Shown piece after piece: positions 1-9,091 of a DNA stretch of 32,000 nt. The position numbers and the translations under genes were made by a program. Numbering within the stretch: the first letter of the stretch is position 1; every line of letters begins with the position of its first letter. The stretch is taken from positions 1,290,001 through 1,322,000 of the forward strand of contig NC_012803.1 of the NCBI RefSeq assembly GCF_000023205.1, given 5' to 3'. The notes beneath the pieces were generated by a model that saw nothing but the letters and a program-made list of their open reading frames with translations, searched no databases and had not been told where the DNA came from. The stretch comes from Micrococcus luteus NCTC 2665 (GTDB lineage: Bacteria; Actinomycetota; Actinomycetes; Actinomycetales; Micrococcaceae).

Positions 1-542
1 GGGACGTGGCCGTGGACCCCGCGACGGTGCGCACCCTGTTGGCCGCCGTGGCGGAGCGGTCCGTGGTCCATCTGACCTATCGCTCCGTGCACGCGGATGC
101 CCTCACCGAGCGGGACGTGGAGCCGCTCGCCCTCGTGCAGGACGGGGTTCGCCTCTACCTGCAGGCGTGGTGCCGCCGCGCCGAGGACCACCGGGTGTTC
201 CGGGTGGACCGAATCAGCGCGCCCGCACCCACGGGGGAGACGTTCGCGCCCCGGGCTCGGCCCGCGCGCTGGCGGGTCCATCCCGGAGACGCCGCGGGCG
301 TGCCGGCACTGCTGCGCTGGGCGCACCCCGTCCGCGACGCGGCCGACGGCTACCGCCCGGAGGCCCAGACCGACCTGCCCGACGGCGACCGTCTCACGCG
401 GGTGCGCCTGACCGACGCCGGCGTGGCCGCCGCGCTGGTCGGACGCCACGGCGGCGCCGTCGAGGTGCTGGCCCCCGCCGACCTCCGGACGTCTGTGGCG
501 GACGCGCTGGCCGGTGCCCTCACCGCCCTGCCGGCGCGGTAG
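1..542 (+). CDS. pafC: C-terminal part of WYL-domain transcriptional regulator (PafC-like); 5' end outside window
   Basis: The frame is open from the window edge to TAG at 540-542. The translation LTYRS..VEPLALVQDGVRLYLQAWCRRAEDHRVFRVDRI looks like a WYL domain. It lies directly upstream of tatA-tatC-helY, as in the conserved actinobacterial pafABC-tatAC-helY arrangement. Confidence 0.6.
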   Translation, partial: DVAVDPATVRTLLAAVAERSVVHLTYRSVHADALTERDVEPLALVQDGVRLYLQAWCRRAEDHRVFRVDRISAPAPTGETFAPRARPARWRVHPGDAAGVPALLRWAHPVRDAADGYRPEAQTDLPDGDRLTRVRLTDAGVAAALVGRHGGAVEVLAPADLRTSVADALAGALTALPAR

Positions 543-580
543 CCTGTATGTCAGCACACCCGTCGAAAGGAACCTTCATC

Positions 581-838
581 ATGGCTGGACTCCAGGGCTG
601 GCAGCTCGTCATCATCATCCTGCTCGCGATCCTGCTCTTCGCGGCGCCGAAGCTGCCCGCAATGGCCCGCAATCTCGGCCAGTCGATGCGCATTTTCTCC
701 TCCGAGGTGAAGCAGATGCGCACGGAGGGCAAAGACGCGAAGGATGAGCGCTCGGGCACCGGCTCCACCGCCGCGGACGAGCCGGTCGAGGGCCGCGTCG
801 TCGATCGCGACGAGACCGACCCGCGCGACCAGCGCTGA
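581..838 (+). CDS. tatA: Sec-independent (twin-arginine) translocase subunit TatA
   Basis: An internal ATG at 581 is preceded by AAAGGA. The 85-aa product MAGLQGWQLVIIILLAILLFAAPKLPAMARNLGQSMRIF has the N-terminal TM helix plus amphipathic helix typical of TatA/E. tatC follows. Confidence 0.9.
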   Translation: MAGLQGWQLVIIILLAILLFAAPKLPAMARNLGQSMRIFSSEVKQMRTEGKDAKDERSGTGSTAADEPVEGRVVDRDETDPRDQR

Positions 839-858
839 GCCGGAAGGACCCCCACCCG

Positions 859-1716
859 ATGACCGAGGTCGACGAGGTCGCCCGCCGCACCCGACGCCGC
901 CGGAAGCGCCGAGACAACCCCACCGGCGAGATGCCGCTGCGCGAGCACCTCACCGAGATGCGCAACCGGCTGCTGAAGTCGGGACTCGCCGTCGCGCTCG
1001 GCATGGTGGTCGGCTTCCTCGTCTACCAGCCGGTCATGGCGGAGCTGTTCCGCCCGGTCAAGGAGATCGCCAACCAGGGACACACGGCGGCCGTCGCCTA
1101 TGACACGGTGGCCTCACCGTTCGATCTCATGCTCAAGGTCAGCATGTTCATCGGGCTCATCCTGTCCAGCCCGGTCTGGCTCTACCAGATCTGGGCGTTC
1201 ATCGTGCCGGGTCTGAAGAAGGCAGAGAAGAAGTACGCCCTGGGCTTCATCGCCGCGGCGGTGCCCCTGTTCCTCTTCGGCATCGCGCTGGGTTGGTTCG
1301 TGATGCCGCAGGCCGTCCAGTTCTTCGTGGGCTTCACCCCCGAGGGCGGCGCGAACCTCCCGACGGCGTCCGTGTACATCAGCTTCGTCACGCGTCTCTA
1401 CCTCGCGTTCGGTGTGGCCATGGTCTTGCCCGTGCTGCTGGTGGGTCTGAACATGCTCGGCGTCCTGCCGGGGCGGACGATCGTGAAGCACTGGCGGATC
1501 ACCGTGTTCATCGTCATGCTTGTCGCGGCGATCGCCGCCCCCGGGTCGGACGCCATCTCCATGTTCTACATGGCTGTGCCGCTCGTCATCCTCTTCGGCG
1601 TGGCCATCATCCTGTGTCTGTGGGGCGACCGTCGTCGTGACCGCCGGAAGGGCCAGCGCGAGACAGACATCGAGGCGGAGCTCGCCGCGGGCCCGAAGCC
1701 GCTCGACGAGATCTGA
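859..1716 (+). CDS. tatC: twin-arginine translocase subunit TatC
   Basis: The 285-aa polytopic membrane protein has a TatC-like N-terminus (MPLREHLTEMRNRLLKS..) and six hydrophobic segments. It is adjacent to tatA. Confidence 0.9.
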   Translation: MTEVDEVARRTRRRRKRRDNPTGEMPLREHLTEMRNRLLKSGLAVALGMVVGFLVYQPVMAELFRPVKEIANQGHTAAVAYDTVASPFDLMLKVSMFIGLILSSPVWLYQIWAFIVPGLKKAEKKYALGFIAAAVPLFLFGIALGWFVMPQAVQFFVGFTPEGGANLPTASVYISFVTRLYLAFGVAMVLPVLLVGLNMLGVLPGRTIVKHWRITVFIVMLVAAIAAPGSDAISMFYMAVPLVILFGVAIILCLWGDRRRDRRKGQRETDIEAELAAGPKPLDEI

Positions 1717-1790
1717 ACGGCGTCCGCCGCGACCCTCCCGCCCAGACACACGACCGGGCCGGCGTCCGGACCCGCCAGTAGGGTGGGGCC

Positions 1791-4775
1791 ATGGCCCACG
1801 ATCCCGCGTCCGCGACCCCGCACGACGAGCCCGAGCTGAGCCCGGCGGAGCGCTACGCCCGCGCCCGAGCTGCCCGGCAGCATGCCGGCTCCGAGCTCGG
1901 ACGGTTCGCCGCACGCCAGGGCTTCCCCCTCGACGACTTCCAGCGCCGCGCGTGCGCCGAGGTGGAGGACGGCCACGGCGTCCTCGTCGCGGCACCCACC
2001 GGGGCCGGCAAGACGGTGGTCGGCGAGTTCGCCGTTCACTTGGCCCTGGCGCGCGGGACGAAGGCGTTCTACACCACCCCCATCAAGGCGCTCAGCAATC
2101 AGAAGCACGCGGACCTGGCCCACGTGCACGGTGCGGAGAACGTCGGCCTGCTCACGGGGGACACCTCCGTCAACCCGGACGCGCCCGTCGTCGTGATGAC
2201 CACCGAAGTGCTGCGCAACATGCTGTACGCGCAGTCGGACGCGCTCATCGACCTCGGCTTCGTGGTCATGGACGAGGTCCACTACCTTGCGGACCGGTTC
2301 CGGGGCCCGGTGTGGGAGGAGGTCATCATCCACCTGCCCGAGCACGTGCAGGTGATCTCGCTGTCCGCCACGGTGTCCAACGCCGAGGAGTTCGGCGCCT
2401 GGCTGGACACGGTCCGGGGCGCCACCACCGTGATCGTCTCCGAGCACCGCCCGGTGCCGCTGTGGCAGCACGTCATGGCCGGTGGTCGGCTCTACGACCT
2501 GTTCGCCGAGGACATCGCCTTCGAGGACACCGCGGACAAGGACGGGGCGGCCCTGCTCAATCCCGAGCTCAAGCGCCTGGGCGAGGAGGCGGAGCGCCAG
2601 TTCCAGCGCTCGGACTGGGGGCGCCCCGGACGGCATCGCGACGGGCGCGGAGGCGGCCCGAAGGGGCGGGCCAAGGGCGGCCGGCGTGCAGGTCGCGACG
2701 ACGGCCGGGGCCGGCACAGTTCTCACGCGCTGGACCGGGAGCGGCCGGCCGCGGGACGCTCGGGCGGGCACGACGGCGGCGAGCGGCGCGGACCCCGATT
2801 GTCCACCTCCCGCCCCGAGATGATCCGGGCCCTGGACCGCGACGGGCTGCTGCCGTGCATCACCTTCATCTTCTCGCGCGCCGGGTGCGACGCCGCCGTC
2901 GAGCAGTGCCTGCGGGCCGGGCTCGACCTGACCACGGCGCGGGAGAAGGCGCTCGTGGCCGAGCGAGTCGAGGAGGCCGCCCGCCTGTTGCCCGTCGAAG
3001 ATCTGGAGATCCTCGGGTTCTGGGCGTGGCGGGACGGGCTGTCGCGGGGTTTCGCGGCCCACCACGCCGGCATGCTGCCCCCGTTCAAGGAGGCCGTCGA
3101 GGACCTGTTCGCCGCTGGTGCGCTCAAGGCCGTGTTCGCCACGGAGACCCTCGCCCTCGGCATCAACATGCCGGCCCGCTCCGTGGTGATCGAGAAGCTG
3201 GTCAAGTTCAACGGTGAGAACCACGTGGACATCACGCCGGGGGAGTACACCCAGCTGACGGGCCGGGCAGGACGCCGCGGCATCGACGTCGAGGGCCACG
3301 CCGTCGTGATGTGGCGGCCTGGACTGGACCCGGCCGCCGTCGCCGGCCTGGCCTCGCGTCGCACGTACCCGCTGCGCTCGTCGTTCCGGCCCACCTACAA
3401 CATGTCCGCGAACCTGCTGGCCCAGGTCGGCGCGGAGCGCGCCCGCGGCATTCTCGAGTCCTCCTTCGCCCAGTTCCAAGCGGACCGCTCTGTGGTGGGC
3501 CTGGCCCGCGAGGTCCGGTCGAAGCAGGCCAGCCTCGAGAAGTACGAGGAGGCTATGCAGTGCCACCTCGGTGACTTCGCCGAGTACCTCACCCTGCGCA
3601 AGGAACTCACGGCCGCGGAGAAGTCCGGCTCGCAAGGGCGCCGCCGCGCCCGCCTGGCCGCTGTGAAGGAGTCGCTCGCGGACCTCGCGGTCGGAGACGT
3701 CGTCGAGCTCGACGCCGGCCGCCCGCTCGGGCGGGCCGTCGTCGTGTTCCCCGCCGGGAACCCGCAGAACCCCCGCGTCGGCGTCGTCACGGACAAGGCG
3801 CAGCTGCGCCGCATCACGGTGGACGACGTCGCCGAGCCGATCGAGCCGGTGGCGGGCGCGGCCCTGCCCCAGGTGCTGCAGGTGAAGACGCCCACGCAGC
3901 GCAAGGACGTGGCCGCGCTCATGCGCGAGGCCGTGCGCACGGGCCGCCCGCCCGCCGGGGGGCGGCGCACGGCGGGCTTCCGGCTCCGGGAGGACCCGGC
4001 TGCGCCACGCGTGGAGGAGTTGCGCCAGGCGCTGCGCCGCCACCCGTGCCACGGCTGCCAGGACCGCGAGGAGCATGCCCGCTGGGGCGACCGCTGGTGG
4101 GCCATGCGCCGGGAGGTCGCCATCCTGCGGGAGCGGATCGCGGGCCGCACCAACACCATCGCCCGCACGTTCGACCGCGTGGTCGGACTCCTGCGCGCCT
4201 ACTGCTACGTCCAGGAGGACGCGTCCTCGCCGCGGGCGGCGCTCACGGAGCGCGGCGAGGCCCTGCGCAGGATCTACGGCGAGCGGGACCTGTTCACCTC
4301 GCTGGTGCTGCAGGATCCGGCCACGGACGGCCTGACGCCGGAGGAGTGGGCGGCCGTCGCCGCCCTGCTCGTGTACCAGGGCAAGGGGGAGACTGAGCCC
4401 GGGCTCGTCCCGATGCCGACCCCGCGGCTCGCGCGCGTCGCCGAGGCGGCTGAGCGCATCGAGGAGCGACTGCGCACGGACGAGGCCCAGGCGCGGCTCG
4501 AGCCCACGCCGCCGACGGACCCCGGGCTGGTGGCGCCCATGCATCGGTGGGTGCGCGGGGCGACTCTGCGCCGCACCCTCGAGGGTGCGGACCTCGCCGC
4601 GGGCGACTTCGTCCGCTGGGCGCGCCAGGTCATCGACGTGCTGGACCAGCTGGCCAACGTCCCCGGGGACGCCGGCCGCAGCCGCGCCTGCCGCCAGGCC
4701 GCGGACCTCGTCTCCCGTGGCGTCGTGGCGACCTCGCTGCCGGCGGCCGCGACCCCGCGCGCGGACGAGGACTGA
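1791..4775 (+). CDS. helY: Ski2-like DEAD/DEAH-box RNA helicase HelY
   Basis: The 994-aa product has Walker A AAPTGAGKT, a DEVH box (VVMDEVHY) and SAT. The second RecA domain contains AAHHAGMLP..LKAVFATETLALGINMPARSVV. The position after tatC matches helY synteny. Confidence 0.9.
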   Translation: MAHDPASATPHDEPELSPAERYARARAARQHAGSELGRFAARQGFPLDDFQRRACAEVEDGHGVLVAAPTGAGKTVVGEFAVHLALARGTKAFYTTPIKALSNQKHADLAHVHGAENVGLLTGDTSVNPDAPVVVMTTEVLRNMLYAQSDALIDLGFVVMDEVHYLADRFRGPVWEEVIIHLPEHVQVISLSATVSNAEEFGAWLDTVRGATTVIVSEHRPVPLWQHVMAGGRLYDLFAEDIAFEDTADKDGAALLNPELKRLGEEAERQFQRSDWGRPGRHRDGRGGGPKGRAKGGRRAGRDDGRGRHSSHALDRERPAAGRSGGHDGGERRGPRLSTSRPEMIRALDRDGLLPCITFIFSRAGCDAAVEQCLRAGLDLTTAREKALVAERVEEAARLLPVEDLEILGFWAWRDGLSRGFAAHHAGMLPPFKEAVEDLFAAGALKAVFATETLALGINMPARSVVIEKLVKFNGENHVDITPGEYTQLTGRAGRRGIDVEGHAVVMWRPGLDPAAVAGLASRRTYPLRSSFRPTYNMSANLLAQVGAERARGILESSFAQFQADRSVVGLAREVRSKQASLEKYEEAMQCHLGDFAEYLTLRKELTAAEKSGSQGRRRARLAAVKESLADLAVGDVVELDAGRPLGRAVVVFPAGNPQNPRVGVVTDKAQLRRITVDDVAEPIEPVAGAALPQVLQVKTPTQRKDVAALMREAVRTGRPPAGGRRTAGFRLREDPAAPRVEELRQALRRHPCHGCQDREEHARWGDRWWAMRREVAILRERIAGRTNTIARTFDRVVGLLRAYCYVQEDASSPRAALTERGEALRRIYGERDLFTSLVLQDPATDGLTPEEWAAVAALLVYQGKGETEPGLVPMPTPRLARVAEAAERIEERLRTDEAQARLEPTPPTDPGLVAPMHRWVRGATLRRTLEGADLAAGDFVRWARQVIDVLDQLANVPGDAGRSRACRQAADLVSRGVVATSLPAAATPRADED

Positions 4776-4794
4776 CGAGGGCTAGGGTGGGCGG

Positions 4795-5880
4795 GTGAGC
4801 GCACACCTGTTGACCCACGGCATCATCCATTCGACGACGGACCCGTACGCGCAGGCCCTGCTGGTCCGGGACGGGGTGATCGCCTGGCTCGGTGCAGACG
4901 ACTCCGCGGACCGCGTGGCCGACCCTGCGGACGAGCGGCTGGACCTCGACGGCGCCGTCGTCGTTCCGGTGTTCGTCGAGCCGCTGGCCCGCCCCGCAGC
5001 CGCGCGTGACGCATTGAGCCGGGGCACCGCCGTCGTGACGGTCCTGGCCGGGTCGGACGACACGGGCGCCGCGCCCGCCGACGAGGACGTCCAGACGGTC
5101 GTCTACCGGCACGCCGACCGCGTGGACGCCGAGGCGGCCGGGGTGTGGCTGCCCGTCGGGGCCGACACCGACCCCGCCACGCTCGCCGGTCTCCTGACGG
5201 CCTCGACCCAGGCGGGGGAGCAGGCCTACCTCGTCCCCGACGGCGGTGCGGACGCCGGGCCCGCCGCCCAGGACGCGGCCCTGACCGCCCTGCGCTCGGT
5301 CGCGGAGGAACTCGGCATCGCCGCCCTGGGCCGCGTGCGCCATCGGCTCGTGGTCACCCACTCGGTCACCGCCGTGGACCGCGCCTTCCTGGCCGCCGCC
5401 GGGGTCAGCGCCACCGTCGTCCCCGACGCGGACGGCGTGCTGCACGCCCCGGTGGCGAGCCTGCTGGCCGACGCCGTCTCCGTGTGCCTGGGCGCCGGCC
5501 CGGCCGGGGACCCGTGGGCCGCCGTCCGGTCGGCGCTGTCCCACCCCGACCCGGACGAGCGCATCTCCGCCCGCTCCGCCTTCGCCGCCGCGACCCGCAC
5601 CCCGCTGCGCGCGCTGCCCGACGCTCCGGCGGCACGCCTGTCCGTCGCCCCGCGCCTGAGCGTGTCGGCCCCGGCCGTGTTCGGCGTCTGGGACGCGGAC
5701 GCGGTGGCTGTGCAGTCGCCGGACGGCCGGGTGGCGGCGTGGAGCACGGACACCCGGGCCGGCACGCCGCTGCTGCCGGCCCTCGATGCCGAGACCACCC
5801 TGCCCCGCTGGCGGGCCACCTGGGTGGACGGCCGGATCGCCGCGGAGGACGTGGCGCGCGACGCCGCGACGCCGGTCTGA
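4795..5880 (+). CDS. amidohydrolase-family-like protein, apparently lacking the HxH metal motif
   Basis: GTG start, 361 aa. The N-terminus (GIIHSTTDPYAQALLVRDGVIAWLGADD..LDLDGAVVVPVFVEP) and C-terminus (APAVFGVWDAD...RATWVDGRI) resemble amidohydrolase_3 (YtcJ-like) termini. Where PGFxDxHxH is expected the sequence reads PVFVEPLA. Confidence 0.45.
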   Translation: MSAHLLTHGIIHSTTDPYAQALLVRDGVIAWLGADDSADRVADPADERLDLDGAVVVPVFVEPLARPAAARDALSRGTAVVTVLAGSDDTGAAPADEDVQTVVYRHADRVDAEAAGVWLPVGADTDPATLAGLLTASTQAGEQAYLVPDGGADAGPAAQDAALTALRSVAEELGIAALGRVRHRLVVTHSVTAVDRAFLAAAGVSATVVPDADGVLHAPVASLLADAVSVCLGAGPAGDPWAAVRSALSHPDPDERISARSAFAAATRTPLRALPDAPAARLSVAPRLSVSAPAVFGVWDADAVAVQSPDGRVAAWSTDTRAGTPLLPALDAETTLPRWRATWVDGRIAAEDVARDAATPV

Positions 5881-5970
5881 GACCTCTGCTTCCTATACTC
5901 GAACGGATGCGATGGCCCGTCCGACCGGCGGGCCGCCCCCACGACCCCGGCCGGAAGGCGAGAACCGCAC

Positions 5971-6702
5971 ATGCGCGTGCTGACCATCATCCCCACGTAC
6001 AACGAGATCGAGTCGCTGCCGCTGACCCTCGGCCGACTCCGTGACGCCGTCCCGGAGTCCGACGTTCTCGTGGTGGACGACGCCTCCCCGGACGGCACCG
6101 GCGACTGGGCCGACACCCGCGCCGCCGAGGACCCCTCGGTGCACGTGCTGCATCGCACCACCAAGGACGGCCTGGGCGGCGCCTACATCGCCGGGTTCCG
6201 CTGGGGCCTGGAGCGCGGCTACGACGTCCTGGTCGAGATGGACGCGGACGGCTCGCACCAGCCGGAGCAGCTGCCGCGCCTGCTGGAGGCCGTCCGCACC
6301 GCGGACCTGGTGATCGGCTCGCGCCGTGTGCCGGGCGGCAAGATGGTGAACTGGCCGACCTCCCGCAAGATGATCTCGTGGGCCGGATCCCTGTACCCGC
6401 GGATCATGCTCGGCCTCAACCTGACGGACATCACGGCGGGCTACCGCGCCTACCGGGCCGACACGCTCCGTGCGATCGATCTCGACGCGATCGAGTCCAA
6501 GGGCTACGGGTTCCAGGTGGACATGACCTTCCGCACGGCCCGCCTCGGCAAGCGGATCGTCGAGGTCCCGATCACGTTCGTGGAGCGTGAGCTCGGCGAG
6601 TCCAAGATGAGCGGCGGCATCGTCGGCGAGGCCGTGGTCAACGTGACCCGGTGGGGCCTGGCCGCGCGCTGGGAGGGCCTGCGCGCCCGCCTCGGCCTCT
6701 GA
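5971..6702 (+). CDS. ppm1: polyprenol monophosphomannose synthase (GT2 family)
   Basis: The 243-aa product starts MRVLTIIPTYNEIESLP and has VVDDASPDGT and the DxD region VEMDADGSHQPE. It is convergent with rbpA, as in mycobacteria. Confidence 0.85.
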   Translation: MRVLTIIPTYNEIESLPLTLGRLRDAVPESDVLVVDDASPDGTGDWADTRAAEDPSVHVLHRTTKDGLGGAYIAGFRWGLERGYDVLVEMDADGSHQPEQLPRLLEAVRTADLVIGSRRVPGGKMVNWPTSRKMISWAGSLYPRIMLGLNLTDITAGYRAYRADTLRAIDLDAIESKGYGFQVDMTFRTARLGKRIVEVPITFVERELGESKMSGGIVGEAVVNVTRWGLAARWEGLRARLGL

Positions 6703-6721
6703 GGCGCACAGCCCCCGAACG

Positions 6722-6760
6722 ACGACGGGGCCGGATCCATGGCGGATCCGGCCCCGTCGT
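6722..6760. terminator. bidirectional intrinsic-terminator-like hairpin between convergent ppm1 and rbpA
   Basis: A perfect 17-bp stem ACGACGGGGCCGGATCC / GGATCCGGCCCCGTCGT carries a 5-nt loop. It lies 20 bp after the ppm1 stop and 19 bp after the rbpA stop. Confidence 0.6.
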
Positions 6761-6778
6761 ATGTGGGGGAGCGGCGGG

Positions 6779-7126
6779 TCAGGCGTCGACGTCCTCGCCG
6801 CGGCTGGCGCGCAGCTTGTTGAGCTGGATCTTGTACGTCTCCTCCAGCTCCTCGAGGCTGCGGCGCTCGCGCAGCATGTCCCAGTGGGTGCGCACGGGCT
6901 TGCCCTCGGTCTCAGCCGGCTTCTCGCCGCTGACGAGGAACGCCTCCTTGCCGGTCTTCGAGGTCCAGGTGGCCGGCACGTCCGCCTCCACGGAGAAGGT
7001 CACGAACACCTGCTCGCCGTCCTCCGTTCGGTACTCCACCCGCTGCCGGGCGGCGGGCTCGACGCCGGCCTCGGACTCCAGGGACTGCGCGCCCAGGCGC
7101 ATGCCCCGCAGGCTGCGATCGCTCAC
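6779..7126 (-). CDS. rbpA: RNA polymerase-binding protein RbpA
   Basis: 115 aa. The segments SLRGMRLGAQSLESE..RQRVEYRTEDGEQVFVTFS..VPATW and the C-terminal KPVRTHWDMLRERRSLEELE are characteristic of RbpA. Confidence 0.9.
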   Translation of the reverse strand: MSDRSLRGMRLGAQSLESEAGVEPAARQRVEYRTEDGEQVFVTFSVEADVPATWTSKTGKEAFLVSGEKPAETEGKPVRTHWDMLRERRSLEELEETYKIQLNKLRASRGEDVDA

Positions 7127-7213
7127 GTTTCCTCCTCGTCAGGCCGCGCCGAGGCCCGCGCGGGGGCGCGGGCCGATCGAGGCGCGGCGGGTCGTCCTCA
7201 CTGATGGAACCAT

Positions 7214-8404
7214 TCAGTGTCCCACAGCATTCCCGTCGGCCTCGCCGGCCGGGCGGGTGCCGGGCGTGCGGCCGGCCGACGGGTCGGGATCGATCTCCTG
7301 CGGGGTGGCCAGGGCCTCGTCGAGCGAGGTCTGCGGCATGTCCTCCGCCGTCACCGCGCCGGCGGTCATCGCATCCATGACGCCGCTGGCGCGCAGGGCA
7401 TCGGCGGTGGTGGGACGGGACCCACGCGGCCGACGCGCGCGCTCCGGGGTGACGCCGGCGTGCTCGGCGCCCGGCTCACCCGCGCGGTCCCCGGAGTCCC
7501 GACGCCGGGGTGCGTGCTCCGGGGTGGGGCGGCCGCCGTCGCCGGGGGCGAACGCCTCACCGAGGCCCTGCAGGGCGCGGGTGAGCTCGGCGGGGACCAC
7601 GAACATGGTGGTGGCCTGGCCGTCGGCGATCTTGGGCAGGGACTGCAGGTACTGGTAGGCCAGCACTTCGGAGTCGGCGCCGCCGGAGTGGATGGCGTCG
7701 AAGACCACCTCGATCGCCTCGGCCTCGGCGTTGGCGCGCAGCACGCGGGCCTGCGCCTCGCCCTCGGCGGAGAGGATCTGGGACTGGCGCTCGCCCTCGG
7801 CCGTGAGGATGGCGGCCTGCTTCGTGCCCTCGGCGGTGAGGATGGCGGCGCGGCGGTCGCGCTCGGCGCGCATCTGCTTCTCCATCGAGTCCTGGATGGA
7901 CATGGGCGGGTCGATGGCCTTGAGCTCCACCCGCGAGACCCGCAGGCCCCAGCGCGTGGTGGCGTCGTCCAGCACGCCGCGCAGCTGGGAGTTGATGGAG
8001 TCGCGTGAGGTCAGGGCCTCCTCGAGGTTCATGCCGCCCACGACGTTGCGCAGGGTGGTGGTGGTGAGCTGCTCCACAGCGTGGATGTAGTTGGCGATCT
8101 CATAGGTCGCCGCCTTGGCGTCCGTGACCTGGAAGTAGACGACCGTGTCGATGGACACGACGAGGTTGTCCTCGGTGATCACCGGCTGGGGAGGGAAGGA
8201 GACGACCTGCTCGCGCATGTCCACCATCGGCAGCATGCGGTCCACGAACGGGATGATCAGGGTCAGCCCGGCGCCGGCCGTGCGGTTGTACTTGCCGAGG
8301 CGTTCGATGTTGGCCGTCCGCGCCTGCGGGATGATCTTGACCGAGGAGGCCACGATCACCGCCGCGAGGACGGCGAGGACGACGAGGACGATGAGGGTTT
8401 CCAT
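7214..8404 (-). CDS. SPFH/band-7 (stomatin-like) membrane protein with long disordered C-terminal tail
   Basis: 396 aa with an N-terminal TM helix. The SPFH core reads VKIIPQARTANIERLGKY..VSIDTVVYFQVTD..TLRNVVGGMNLEEALTSRD, followed by the coiled-coil repeat AAILTAEG. The upstream gene in the same orientation is NfeD. Confidence 0.9.
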   Translation of the reverse strand: METLIVLVVLAVLAAVIVASSVKIIPQARTANIERLGKYNRTAGAGLTLIIPFVDRMLPMVDMREQVVSFPPQPVITEDNLVVSIDTVVYFQVTDAKAATYEIANYIHAVEQLTTTTLRNVVGGMNLEEALTSRDSINSQLRGVLDDATTRWGLRVSRVELKAIDPPMSIQDSMEKQMRAERDRRAAILTAEGTKQAAILTAEGERQSQILSAEGEAQARVLRANAEAEAIEVVFDAIHSGGADSEVLAYQYLQSLPKIADGQATTMFVVPAELTRALQGLGEAFAPGDGGRPTPEHAPRRRDSGDRAGEPGAEHAGVTPERARRPRGSRPTTADALRASGVMDAMTAGAVTAEDMPQTSLDEALATPQEIDPDPSAGRTPGTRPAGEADGNAVGH

Positions 8405-8465
8405 CGGGGTCCCTTCTTCTGGGGTCGGTGCGGTCGGTGCGGTTGGAACGAGGACGTGGGGCGGC

Positions 8466-8942
8466 TCAGGCGCCGTCCGCCTCCCAGTCGATGCGGGGGA
8501 GCGGGCGGACCACCAGGGTGGCCCCGTCGATGCGCAGGACGGTCACCTCGTCGCCGGGGGCGACCTCGGGCGCCCCGGGCTCGACGCGGGCGGACCAGGT
8601 GTCGCCGTCGACGGCGAGCGTGCCGGCGTCGCCGGTGATCACGCCCTGGGCCGCGACGCGGCGCCCCGGGAGCGTGTCCAGGTACGAGGCGCCGGCGCCG
8701 GTGTCCTTGCGCAGGTGGCGCAGCGCGACGGGGCGCACGGCGGCGAGCATCAGCAGGGCGACGGCGGCGAACGCCGCGAGCTGGAGCGCCGGCGGGCCGC
8801 CCACGAGCGCGACCACCCCCGCCGCGCCGGCCCCGGCGGCGATCATCAGGAAGACGAGGTCGAGGGTCAGCAGCTCGACGCCGGCCAGGCCGGCGGCCAG
8901 CACCAGCCACAGCCAACCCGCGTTCGCCTCGATCCACTCCAT
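8466..8942 (-). CDS. NfeD-family membrane protein (partner of SPFH protein)
   Basis: The start is taken at the internal ATG (MEWIEANAGWLWLVLAAG..), giving 158 aa. It has hydrophobic N-terminal helices and a C-terminal OB-like segment GVITGDAGTLAVDGDTWSARVE..GDEVTVLRIDGATLVV. This is the classic NfeD-SPFH operon order. Confidence 0.8.
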   Translation of the reverse strand: MEWIEANAGWLWLVLAAGLAGVELLTLDLVFLMIAAGAGAAGVVALVGGPPALQLAAFAAVALLMLAAVRPVALRHLRKDTGAGASYLDTLPGRRVAAQGVITGDAGTLAVDGDTWSARVEPGAPEVAPGDEVTVLRIDGATLVVRPLPRIDWEADGA

Positions 8943-9091
8943 GCGTGCGCTCCCCTCCGTGTCGGGTGCGCGGACGGGTCTGCCGCGCGTCGACGTGTGA
9001 TCCCCATCCTGCCCTACGCAGTGGCGCCGGACACAGCGTGTCCCCAGGCGGTCCTGGAAGGAGGGGGCTACCGCCCAGTAATGTGAGCTGC

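Noticed and set aside
1566-4544. A 992-aa ORF on the minus strand, plus many 100-300-aa ORFs in other frames across the helY region.
   Set aside because: It is antisense to a helicase gene with clear motifs. The translation is Arg/Gly/Pro/Ala-rich with no domain-like segments. Long shadow ORFs are the typical stop-codon-poor artefact in very GC-rich DNA.
7214-8942. The NfeD-SPFH pair was considered as a possible novel defence or stress module.
   Set aside because: It is a ubiquitous, well-known two-gene membrane-scaffold operon. Nothing atypical was seen beyond a disordered C-terminal tail.
8945-9091. Longer N-terminal extensions offered by the ORF track for fadH (8945), the IS110 transposase (21207) and the IS256-A transposase (14330).
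   Set aside because: The extensions overlap neighbouring genes or non-coding IS ends and have non-protein-like composition. For IS256 the extension is also absent from the otherwise identical copy B. Internal ATG starts with upstream purine-rich ribosome-binding sites were preferred.
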